Of a stretch of 64,000 bases of DNA, positions 27,580-35,835 are shown piece after piece. The translations under genes and the position numbers were made by a program. Source of the stretch: Cenarchaeum symbiont of Oopsacas minuta. Its GTDB lineage: Archaea; Thermoproteota; Nitrososphaeria; Nitrososphaerales; Nitrosopumilaceae. The notes under the pieces are model-generated. The model was given only the letters and a program-made list of their open reading frames with translations, was not told where the DNA came from and made no database searches. Numbering within the stretch: the stretch's first letter is position 1; each line of letters begins with the position of its first letter. Location: assembly GCA_029948415.1 (NCBI GenBank), contig JAJIZT010000002.1, positions 146,335-210,334 of the forward strand, given 5' to 3'.

Positions 27580-27981
27580 ATAATGAACATGGCATCTTTG
27601 ATGACTGTTTCCAACGTAATTCCATGCAGACCATGAATCACTTGTCAGTGTATCCTTTTAACACTCTCATTGGAGCTATTCTACCACGTGATTTGTCAAT
27701 CTCATATATGGTCGTCCATTTTCCAACAAATGCCCACAACCAATGATTCTTCCCGTTGATGCGCCAGCTAGTCTCATCCCCATGTATATTCAACTCGGTT
27801 TTTAGATCTCTCATCATCTGTTCATATAATGGACCAAATGCTGTAGCAGTTTTTTTTATTGCATGATTTATGGTAGATTCATTCATGTGTATGCCGTATA
27901 TCATTTCTAATAGTTGGGATATTTTTGGATATGATAATCCAAGTGTTTTGAGTACAATTAAAAGTGCTGCTATAGTGTGGA

Positions 27982-28545
27982 TCAAAAGTCTTTTGGGATT
28001 CGAGGTTTACTGTACAAATAATCATTCTTGAATCTTACAGTACGATAATATTCTGAAATATTATATTTCATAATTTTAGATGTTTCAGATACTGCAACTG
28101 CGTATTTACCCTGACGCCAACATTCTTCTACAGCATTCATGCGTGGAGTTGCACGTGGAAGATATCGAAGTTTTACAGTATCTTTATGATCTCTAAGATA
28201 TTCTTTCACCATTCGAGAACGATGCTGTGGCGCTCTATCCAAAATAACAAATATCTTGCCAAATTTTTTTTCAAGCAATTTCAAATAATCTACAGTTGAT
28301 TCACTATCAAATCTATGATAAGTTTTGAACAATTGTCTTCCATCTTCAGTTACTGCACCATACACTATGATTTTGCTGTGCATGCCAGTCCATTTTACAA
28401 CTGGAGGTATATCCACAGTCCAGTATTTTTTACCTGTAATTGAATCGTATACGAATATTGATTCATCTTCTTCTATAACAGTAAAATCTTCAAATTTTGT
28501 GCCTGAAAGATCACGTTTGAGATTATTCTGCCAATTATAACACAT
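27982..28545 (-). CDS. IS630-family transposase, DDE (DDE_3) part
   Basis: IFVILDRAPQHRS and LPRATPRMNAVEECW. Frame +1 relative to the upstream HTH ORF. Confidence 0.7.
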   Translation of the reverse strand: MCYNWQNNLKRDLSGTKFEDFTVIEEDESIFVYDSITGKKYWTVDIPPVVKWTGMHSKIIVYGAVTEDGRQLFKTYHRFDSESTVDYLKLLEKKFGKIFVILDRAPQHRSRMVKEYLRDHKDTVKLRYLPRATPRMNAVEECWRQGKYAVAVSETSKIMKYNISEYYRTVRFKNDYLYSKPRIPKDF

Positions 28546-28972
28546 GGAATCGTTTGCAGCATTGATGTGAACTCTGTGGAGTTTTTGGAGTCATGCCGTA
28601 TTTGTGTAAGAGTTTTCTAACATATGTTATATGGAAATTAATTTTTGCTTTCTTAAAAATGACTTTCTTCATAATCTTTGGAGTTATACTTGTATTATCT
28701 ATTGCATCACTGATTATTTTATCTAGTTTATGAGCTTTAATTAATGGAGGTCTGCCACTACGTGGCAGATCTCGTAGACCATCAATGCCTTTTTCATCAA
28801 AACGTTCTATCCATTGATTGACCCATTCTGGAGTTCGAAATAAACTAGCTGCGACTTCTCCTATGTTCATATTGTTTACATGAACCATTTGTACTGCAAC
28901 GATTCTGTCACGTATGTTTGGTTCTCTTTCTTTCCTATGGGCGTCTTTGAGTTGTTTACTTAGATTGTCCAT
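28535..28972 (-). CDS. IS630-family transposase, N-terminal HTH part
   Basis: IGEVAASLFRTPEWVNQWIERFDEKGIDGLRDLPRSGRPP. Confidence 0.7.
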   Translation of the reverse strand: MDNLSKQLKDAHRKEREPNIRDRIVAVQMVHVNNMNIGEVAASLFRTPEWVNQWIERFDEKGIDGLRDLPRSGRPPLIKAHKLDKIISDAIDNTSITPKIMKKVIFKKAKINFHITYVRKLLHKYGMTPKTPQSSHQCCKRFHVL

Positions 28973-29164
28973 ACATGATTGAGAATGTACCGATCAAAAA
29001 ACTTTGCGGTTAATGTGAATTCCAAAAGACTTATGCTCCATACTATAGTATTGTATACTTGTGCTGGAATAATATCTTTTACTATACGTGTGTATTTGTG
29101 CACAATTTTGGATAGTTTGTTTCCACAGACATGACATGATTTTTGATCCACCTCGGTTTTGTTA

Positions 29165-29497
29165 TCAATGTGAACTGGTCGTTTTCTGCTGGTTCTTGCA
29201 TGTTTGAAGTTTTATAACTGAATCTGGTTTGTTGGGTTTTGCACGAATATTCTTTGCTACAAGAGCATTTATCGTGATTTTTAATTCTTCATTCTCATTT
29301 TTTGTCTGTTGTCTAGTTTCTTGATATTCTCGTATCGCTTTTCCTTGTTGCTGTATCTTTTCTCCTTGTTGTTGCATAGTTTCTTTACATTCTCGTATTG
29401 TTTCTGCTTGTTGTTTGTTTTCCTTGCGTGATAATGCAAGTTCTTTCTCTAGATTCTCAGATCTAGGACAAATGTGGTCTATTTTTTTATTATTCAT
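29165..29497 (-). CDS. IS66-family transposase segment 1 of 3 (copy 4)
   Basis: 110-aa coiled coil. Confidence 0.55.
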   Translation of the reverse strand: MNNKKIDHICPRSENLEKELALSRKENKQQAETIRECKETMQQQGEKIQQQGKAIREYQETRQQTKNENEELKITINALVAKNIRAKPNKPDSVIKLQTCKNQQKTTSSH

Positions 29498-29592
29498 GAA
29501 CGATTTTTTGTATTATACACCTGATCCAAAAATGTAATGATGAAAAATATTGGATCAAATGGTCAGATTACTTCAAAACTCTAGATAGTTAC

Positions 29593-29683
29593 GATTTTTT
29601 GTATTATACACCTGATCCAAAAATGTAATGATGAAAAATATTGGATCAAATGGTCAGATTACTTCAAAACTCTAGACAGTTAC
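29593..29683 (-). repeat. exact-length tandem duplicate (91 nt) of the IS66 copy 4 left end
   Basis: 29593-29683 repeats 29502-29592, with one mismatch noted by eye in the terminal repeat (AGATAGTTAC versus AGACAGTTAC). Confidence 0.75.
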
Positions 29684-30152
29684 AAAAATTTATCAATAAT
29701 TCCAACACATTCACCTGCGATAATAATAAGGGCAAATTCTGTACTTTGTTGGCCGTTATGGTCGTAACGAGACGGCGCGTGAGGCATCTTGGAGGAAAAA
29801 GCACTAGTATTTACTCCCAATAGTGCAATCTTGGTGGAAAACACACTAGATACGGTCAACGTTGGATAATTGTAGTATTTTCTGCGTAAGAGATTCTCTC
29901 ATGTCAAGAAAATGAGATCACATCGTGCAAGTGCTTTGATTAAAGGTATGCACGCATACAGCATTTTGTGATATAGGTTTGGATATATCATAATTAGACG
30001 TATATCTGTCTGACTTTTATTTTATGCCATCAGTTTTCATTTGATTATTGTATCATATTGACACATTTTTGCTAGAGTATGTATCGATCAAAAGTTGTGC
30101 AACAAAATAACTCGTGATCTAGTATTTATTTAACATATATTTTACATATTCT

Positions 30153-31043
30153 ATGTCTATACAGGATTACAAAGATGCAGGTAAAATCGCTGCAGAGGTA
30201 CGTGAAAAAGCTCGAAATACAGATCACGATGGCAGAACTGTTTTAGAAGTGTGTGAGAGTATAGAGTCGGCTATATTGGATCGTGGTGCAAAATGTGCAT
30301 TTCCAGTTAATGTTAGCATAAACGAGACAGCAGCACACTATACTGCAGAACCAAACGATGAGATGGTCATAAAAGAAGGTGATCTTGTAAAACTAGACAT
30401 GGGTGCGCAGATAAACGGATACATTGCAGATACTGCCGTGACAGTATGCACTGATCCTAGACATGTATCTCTACTTGATGCTGCAGAAGATGCCCTAAAG
30501 GCTGCAATGTCAATGATTGCAGAGGATGTAAAATCAAAAGATATTGGAAAGACTATAGAAAGATCAATTAAAAATTCAGGATTCAAGCCCATAGCCAATC
30601 TAAGTGGTCACTCTCTAGACAAATATACCATACATGCTGGAAAGACAATACCCAATATGTGGTCTCTTGGCTCATTCTCTTTGAAAAAAGATGCCGCATA
30701 TGCATGCGAACCATTTGTCACATATGCAGATGGTATGGGTTTTGTAAAAGAAGGTAAGACAAAAAACATCTATTCGATCTCAAACCGCAAGAAAACAAAG
30801 GATGCCGAAGCTGATCGTATGCTAGAGTACATTTGGGACAATTACAACATGCTGCCATTTGCCGAGAGATGGCTCAGAAAAGAATGGGATAAAACTAGAG
30901 AGTTGTTGCAATTTTTGATAAAAAAGAAATGTGTAAAAGCATATCCAGTGCTTGTAGAGGCCAACGGGAAAAAAGTTGCACAGGCAGAACATACGTTTAT
31001 TCCGCAGGCAGGCGGGGTAACCGTTACTACGATGTATCCCTAA
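30153..31043 (+). CDS. map: methionine aminopeptidase, type 2 (archaeal)
   Basis: AHYTAEP, DLVKLDMGAQINGYIADTA, GHSL and AQAEHTF metal-ligand contexts. Confidence 0.85.
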   Translation: MSIQDYKDAGKIAAEVREKARNTDHDGRTVLEVCESIESAILDRGAKCAFPVNVSINETAAHYTAEPNDEMVIKEGDLVKLDMGAQINGYIADTAVTVCTDPRHVSLLDAAEDALKAAMSMIAEDVKSKDIGKTIERSIKNSGFKPIANLSGHSLDKYTIHAGKTIPNMWSLGSFSLKKDAAYACEPFVTYADGMGFVKEGKTKNIYSISNRKKTKDAEADRMLEYIWDNYNMLPFAERWLRKEWDKTRELLQFLIKKKCVKAYPVLVEANGKKVAQAEHTFIPQAGGVTVTTMYP

Positions 31044-31215
31044 TTTGGCCGTATATACGATCTATACGTGTGGAGTTTTTACATAAATTACACGGTTTGC
31101 CATCAGAGAACAACACATCTCCTAATACAAAGTCACGTTTGTGCTCGTTGCCACATGTGGTACATTTTTCAATTGTCTTGGCATCTCGTATCTCTTTTTT
31201 TTTACGCCAAAACAT
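31027..31215 (-). CDS. small zinc-ribbon protein
   Basis: 62 aa with CTTCG...CNLC. Immediately downstream of the DUF1512-like gene. Confidence 0.35.
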   Translation of the reverse strand: MFWRKKKEIRDAKTIEKCTTCGNEHKRDFVLGDVLFSDGKPCNLCKNSTRIDRIYGQIRDTS

Positions 31216-32328
31216 CTATGGTACCCCCGATGTGTTTCCAACACCTATTATTATTGCATCTCCTCCATTTGGTACAGTCTCTTGTAGCGCATGCCTTGTC
31301 TGCATCAGTGTATCATTCATTGTATCAGATATCTCTTTTGTCATTAGAGTAAGTGATTCTTTTATTGATTGTTTTACAACCACTGCATGCATTGGAATTC
31401 CTAAATTTGTGGCAGTCTCTTCTATCTGAAACCTCTCGGTTCCTATTCCACCCATCGCTATACCAAATCCTCTAGCAATCTCCCCAGTATCTTCACCTTC
31501 AAGTTTCTTTGCAGCATCAACTGTTATGATTGCAGATGGTTTACCATATTTTGATATTGCAAAATCTATTGCATCAGCTATTCGGCCAACATTAGACATT
31601 GGTCCACGTGCTTTAATGATGCATACGTTACGTCCATCGATTTTTGTCCGACACATATCTGTCTCTTTTGATGCGTTTATTCTTTCTAGCCCATACATCA
31701 TCTTTGCTGTAACAAATGGCCCTATTCCATCTCCAATTGGTTGGCCTAGATTGAATGCTTCAAGTGCATCATACATTGCTTGAGCTTCTTCCATCACAGT
31801 AGGTAAGACCATCTGCAGTGGAAGTATGAGTGGATAGTTGTGCTGTTTTTTTGCTGTAAGGAATAGATGATTGACCATCTTGTGTATCATCTGTAGAGAG
31901 ATTGCAAGCTCTACAAGTGTCTGCATCTTTGATATCTGCACCTCGTCTGCATCAGGCAAGATATTCGTTATTCTAGTGCGTATTGCATCTTCTTTTGAAC
32001 GCATCAAATGTCTAACTTTTGGTACCAATCCTGTAGGATCCATATCTATTGGAAATACTGTAAAATAGTCTGCAAGTAAAGATGCATTCTCGGAACTTCC
32101 TTTGTGTACACTGTTTGCATACTCTGCAAGTTGTTTACGCGACTCTTTACGCAGTATGTATAATTTTTCAATATTTTTTTTTATCTCTCTAGACGTTACT
32201 GACAGCTGTATACGCTGACCATACATGACAAATATGAACAACGGGAGAATCCATATCAAAGTAAGGAGTAGATCAGAGTCAGATGGCGTAAAAAGCATAT
32301 CCAAATCCGGTACTGAGAAATTCATCAT
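31216..32328 (-). CDS. archaeal membrane-anchored protein (DUF1512-like)
   Basis: N-terminal TM helix followed by YGQRIQ. The family assignment is from memory only. Confidence 0.45.
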   Translation of the reverse strand: MMNFSVPDLDMLFTPSDSDLLLTLIWILPLFIFVMYGQRIQLSVTSREIKKNIEKLYILRKESRKQLAEYANSVHKGSSENASLLADYFTVFPIDMDPTGLVPKVRHLMRSKEDAIRTRITNILPDADEVQISKMQTLVELAISLQMIHKMVNHLFLTAKKQHNYPLILPLQMVLPTVMEEAQAMYDALEAFNLGQPIGDGIGPFVTAKMMYGLERINASKETDMCRTKIDGRNVCIIKARGPMSNVGRIADAIDFAISKYGKPSAIITVDAAKKLEGEDTGEIARGFGIAMGGIGTERFQIEETATNLGIPMHAVVVKQSIKESLTLMTKEISDTMNDTLMQTRHALQETVPNGGDAIIIGVGNTSGVP

Positions 32329-32452
32329 TGTTTGACTCTTTTTTCCAAATTAAACTGTTCGTAGTAAAGTATGAATGATGATCTCATCAATGTGTGTTTA
32401 TCGTGCCTCTCACCTCATGATTCTTTTTATTATAGTGCAAGCTTGATAGTAT

Positions 32453-33013
32453 ATGCCACAGACTAAACCGATAATTAGTATTGAAAACGTGGTAGCATCT
32501 GCATCAGTAGATCAAAAGATGGATTTGAATGTAATCACAAAGAATTTTCCAAATGTAGAGTATCATCCAGATCAATTCCCTGGACTAGTCTTTCGACTCT
32601 CAAACCCAAAGACTGCTACTCTGATATTTACCTCTGGTAAGATGGTCTGCACAGGTTCAAAGTCAGAAGATCTAGCAAGAAAGGCAGTAAAGACTGTAGT
32701 AGATAAACTTCGCAAGGGTGGGATAAAGGTCAAAAAAAATGCAACCGTAGACATTCAAAATATCGTCGCATCCATAAACTTGGGAGGTAGAATACATCTA
32801 GAAGATGCAGCAAGAACACTGCCACGTAGCATGTATGAACCAGAACAGTTTCCTGGACTCATACATCGTATGGTAGATCCAAAGACTGTGATATTGATCT
32901 TTTCTTCAGGTAAACTTGTCTGTACTGGAGCTAAAAAAGAACCCGATGTATACAGGTCCGTAAACAATCTTCATGCCATGTTGGAAAAAAAGGATCTCAT
33001 GGTGTATACATGA
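32453..33013 (+). CDS. tbp: TATA-box binding protein
   Basis: Two internal repeats: QFPGLVFRL...SGKMVCTG and QFPGLIHRM...SGKLVCTG. Confidence 0.9.
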   Translation: MPQTKPIISIENVVASASVDQKMDLNVITKNFPNVEYHPDQFPGLVFRLSNPKTATLIFTSGKMVCTGSKSEDLARKAVKTVVDKLRKGGIKVKKNATVDIQNIVASINLGGRIHLEDAARTLPRSMYEPEQFPGLIHRMVDPKTVILIFSSGKLVCTGAKKEPDVYRSVNNLHAMLEKKDLMVYT

Positions 33014-33015
33014 TA

Positions 33016-33339
33016 TCATTTTATTCGTGTGCCATCAGGTACATCACCTTGTGGGGCAAGCCAAAATGGCATACCGTCAACATCTGCTGCAAGTAACATT
33101 GCCTCAGATAACACTCCAGCTATATTTTTTGGCTCTAGATTAGTAACAGCCACTGCTTGTCTTCCAATTAGACTAGTAGGATCGAATTTGTCAACTCCTC
33201 CAACGATTACCTGCAATCTCCTCTCTCCCACATCTATCATACCTTTTGCTATACGCGTCTTACCTGCGATAGGTTCAATCGAGGTTATGCGAACTGTATT
33301 AATCTCTAATTTTGCAAAATCATCATATGTTACAGTCAT
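33016..33339 (-). CDS. tRNA-binding OB-fold protein (CsaA/Trbp111-like)
   Basis: VGERRLQVIVGG...VAVTNLEPKNIAGVLSEAMLLAA. Confidence 0.6.
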   Translation of the reverse strand: MTVTYDDFAKLEINTVRITSIEPIAGKTRIAKGMIDVGERRLQVIVGGVDKFDPTSLIGRQAVAVTNLEPKNIAGVLSEAMLLAADVDGMPFWLAPQGDVPDGTRIK

Positions 33340-33380
33340 GCCATATACAATCTAGTGTCATCTATAAACTGTCCTCAAGA

Positions 33381-33593
33381 TTAGATCTTTTCTTGCATAG
33401 CATCAGAGGTCTCTATCTCGTATCGAATGTCTGCTGGTAGTTGTGAATATTTTACAGAGATCATCTCAGATATCAGTTCTTCTGGAGTATCTACTAGTCG
33501 AAGTAGTTTTGCACGCCCATCGGCAAACGAGTTTGTCCAAAATTTGTTGGCATCAAATGTCCCTATTTTTGGAAGATATCTAAAAGATCCCAT
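33381..33593 (-). CDS. hypothetical protein
   Basis: ORF track only. Confidence 0.3.
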   Translation of the reverse strand: MGSFRYLPKIGTFDANKFWTNSFADGRAKLLRLVDTPEELISEMISVKYSQLPADIRYEIETSDAMQEKI

Positions 33594-33642
33594 ATATCAT
33601 GCAAGTACATAATGATATATAATAATTGGTGCAAGCATACGT

Positions 33643-34071
33643 ATGGCACTCATAGAATCATCTGTGACAATATCAGCTCCAGCAGATATAGTATGGAAGA
33701 TTGTATCGGATGTAGACTCTGAGCCAAAGTACTGGAAGGGGACAAAGAGCGTCAAAAATATATCTCGTGATGGGAATACAATACACCGTGAAGTTGTTAT
33801 AGCATTCAGAGATAAAAGATGCAAACAGAGAGTAGAGATCATACCCAACGAATGCATAAAGATTACATTCACCGAGGGAATCATAATTGGGACAAAGACT
33901 ATCATGATTCGCACAGTTGACTCTCAGCTAGTACTCGAGACGGTTTGGGATATAAAGATCTCAGGAATGCTTGGAATGTTTACAGGTATGCTAACCAAAC
34001 ACATCAGAGGCGGTACCGAGCAAGCCCTAAATGCAATAAAAAAGGATGCAGAGGATGCATGCTCGCAATAG
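33643..34071 (+). CDS. SRPBCC (polyketide cyclase/dehydrase-like) protein
   Basis: ISAPADIVWKIVSDVDSEPKYW is typical of Polyketide_cyc2-type domains. Confidence 0.5.
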   Translation: MALIESSVTISAPADIVWKIVSDVDSEPKYWKGTKSVKNISRDGNTIHREVVIAFRDKRCKQRVEIIPNECIKITFTEGIIIGTKTIMIRTVDSQLVLETVWDIKISGMLGMFTGMLTKHIRGGTEQALNAIKKDAEDACSQ

Positions 34072-35258
34072 AGATAATATATTATATTTTATCTGGTTTT
34101 ATGGTATTGGTTTTTTTCACATGGATATCTCTTCTCAAAACCATGATAATGGATCATAAAAAAACTCCAAAACTGAACACCAGATATATGCCAAAGATGG
34201 ATGATAAAGTCTCTGTGATACTTCCAGCTCGCAATGAAAGAGAGCACATTAGAAAATGTCTTGAATCGCTTGCCGTACAAGATTATAAAAATTACGAAAT
34301 TATTGCCATAGATGACTCTTCAGATGATGGTACAGGCAAGATTATAGATGATATGGCAAAAAAATACAAAAAGATCATACATGTAAAAGCAGGGCCAAAA
34401 CCAGATGGATGGTTGGGAAAAAATTGGCCATGTGCGCAAGGTCGCAAACGTGCATCAGGTAAATTGTTATTCTTTACAGATGCAGATACAATACATTCAC
34501 CACGCGCTACATCGATGGCCGTCTCTTATATGATCTCAGAGGGTCTTGATGCAGTCACAGTTATGCCAAAGCTTCTCAGCATGGATTTTCTAACAGCAGT
34601 TACAATGCCAATGATCACCGTATTTTTGAACACCATCTATTCGGCAGCAAAGGTAAATGATCCATCAAATAGTACAGGATATTTTTATGGGAGTTTTTTT
34701 ATAATGAATGCTCACGCATACGATGACATTGGAGGGCATTATACGACTCGTGGTGAGATGATAGAGGATGGCGTATTGGGCAGATTGGTAAAAAATTCAA
34801 GATACAAGATGCGCATCATCTCTGGTCGAAACGAGGTGAGTGCAATATGGGCACGAGATCGCATAACGCTTTGGAATGCCATAAAACGGCTGATCGTTCC
34901 TATCGCAGTATCAAATCAACGTCATGCAATAGGCATAACTATAGCTGTGGCATTTCTCATGTTTATTCCATTTTTACTTGCACCATACGCACTAGTATCA
35001 CCACTAGATGGACTGCATTCATATACACTACTTGCATCCTCGCTAGCATCAATCATTATGGCATTTCTCACGGCTGCAGTAGATTCAAAGATACTTGGAC
35101 GTAGAATTTTATATTCAATATTTGCTCCCTTGGGTGGAGCAATAGTCACATTTGGATTTTTGGCCGGAGCCCTCATCCCAAACGGTGGCAGTGTCTCATG
35201 GCGCGGTACAAAGTATTCAAATACTGACTGTAAAAAGAGCACTCCGAATCTCTACTAG
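34059..35258 (+). CDS. family 2 glycosyltransferase, membrane-bound
   Basis: VSVILPARNE...IAIDDSSDDGT, with N- and C-terminal TM helices. Start taken at an internal Met, because the 33945 start would overlap the upstream gene by 127 nt. Confidence 0.7.
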   Translation: MLAIEIIYYILSGFMVLVFFTWISLLKTMIMDHKKTPKLNTRYMPKMDDKVSVILPARNEREHIRKCLESLAVQDYKNYEIIAIDDSSDDGTGKIIDDMAKKYKKIIHVKAGPKPDGWLGKNWPCAQGRKRASGKLLFFTDADTIHSPRATSMAVSYMISEGLDAVTVMPKLLSMDFLTAVTMPMITVFLNTIYSAAKVNDPSNSTGYFYGSFFIMNAHAYDDIGGHYTTRGEMIEDGVLGRLVKNSRYKMRIISGRNEVSAIWARDRITLWNAIKRLIVPIAVSNQRHAIGITIAVAFLMFIPFLLAPYALVSPLDGLHSYTLLASSLASIIMAFLTAAVDSKILGRRILYSIFAPLGGAIVTFGFLAGALIPNGGSVSWRGTKYSNTDCKKSTPNLY

Positions 35259-35299
35259 TCTCAAGATTTAAAGATGGTGCATAAGTGGAGATTTTTGTA

Positions 35300-35545
35300 A
35301 TGCATGTTGGATATGTCCTAGTAAATTGTGATCTTGGAGCAGAAGAGTATGTCGCAGATGAGATTCGCAAGATTCCACAAGTATCTAGCACTTCACTTAC
35401 TTTTGGTGCATATGATATTGTCGTAAAGATACATGCAATAGATCAAGACGAATTTGATCATGCAGTGGCAGAAAATATGCGTTCCATCTCTAGGGTTGTG
35501 AGTATAATGACACTCAATGTTACAGATTTGGATGTACAATCATGA
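35300..35545 (+). CDS. stand-alone Lrp/AsnC ligand-binding (RAM-like) domain protein
   Basis: MHVGYVLVNCDLGAEEYVADEIRKIPQV...AYDIVVKI. About 80 aa. Confidence 0.4.
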   Translation: MHVGYVLVNCDLGAEEYVADEIRKIPQVSSTSLTFGAYDIVVKIHAIDQDEFDHAVAENMRSISRVVSIMTLNVTDLDVQS

Positions 35546-35835
35546 GCGCAAATGAAAAGATAGAATACAAAGGAAAGGTATGGCTTATCGATAACAATAA
35601 TCCAAAACCACTCTTAAACCACAGCGTAGAAAAATTGATAGAGTATGGGGTAACAAAAGATGCAATCACCATCACAGATGCGCCAACTAATATAAACGTC
35701 GGAGAGATCGTCGTCAAGATTTGGCCACATCATTTAGAAGTTGGAAGGGTGCGAACTATACGAAATGAATCATTTATCAGTGGAATGGTTATGAATATTG
35801 ATTTAAAGATGGATGAGACTGGCGCATATGTCTAG
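35542..35835 (+). CDS. hypothetical protein
   Basis: ORF track. Overlaps the upstream stop, so it may be coupled. Confidence 0.3.
   Translation: MSANEKIEYKGKVWLIDNNNPKPLLNHSVEKLIEYGVTKDAITITDAPTNINVGEIVVKIWPHHLEVGRVRTIRNESFISGMVMNIDLKMDETGAYV

Larger units (their letters stand above)
27973..29045 (-). mobile_element. IS630-family (Tc1/mariner-like) insertion sequence
   Basis: 29-nt imperfect terminal inverted repeats: TAGTGTGGATCAAAAGTCTTTTGGGATTC (27973-) and the reverse complement of GAATTCCAAAAGACTTATGCTCCATACTA (-29045). TA on both sides. Two overlapping ORFs. Confidence 0.75.
27116..29592 (-). mobile_element. IS66-family element, copy 4, interrupted by an IS630-family element
   Basis: Terminal repeats at 27116-27139 and 29569-29592. 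Segment 2 is split at 27972/29046, with about 90 nt of IS66 sequence missing. Confidence 0.8.

Noticed and set aside
27106-29693. IS66 copy 4 is flanked by 10-nt sequences that are reverse complements of each other (ATAAATTTTT on the left, AAAAATTTAT on the right). This hints at another inversion.
   Set aside because: The motif consists only of A and T in very AT-rich DNA, and the similarity does not convincingly extend further. Chance or a target preference cannot be excluded.
29684-30152. Region searched for the third att copy or a small RNA. It includes a GC-richer patch, GGCCGTTATGGTCGTAACGAGACGGCGCGTGAGGC.
   Set aside because: There is no match to the 44-nt att core and no convincing tRNA, C/D-box or other RNA fold by eye. 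The region is left unannotated.
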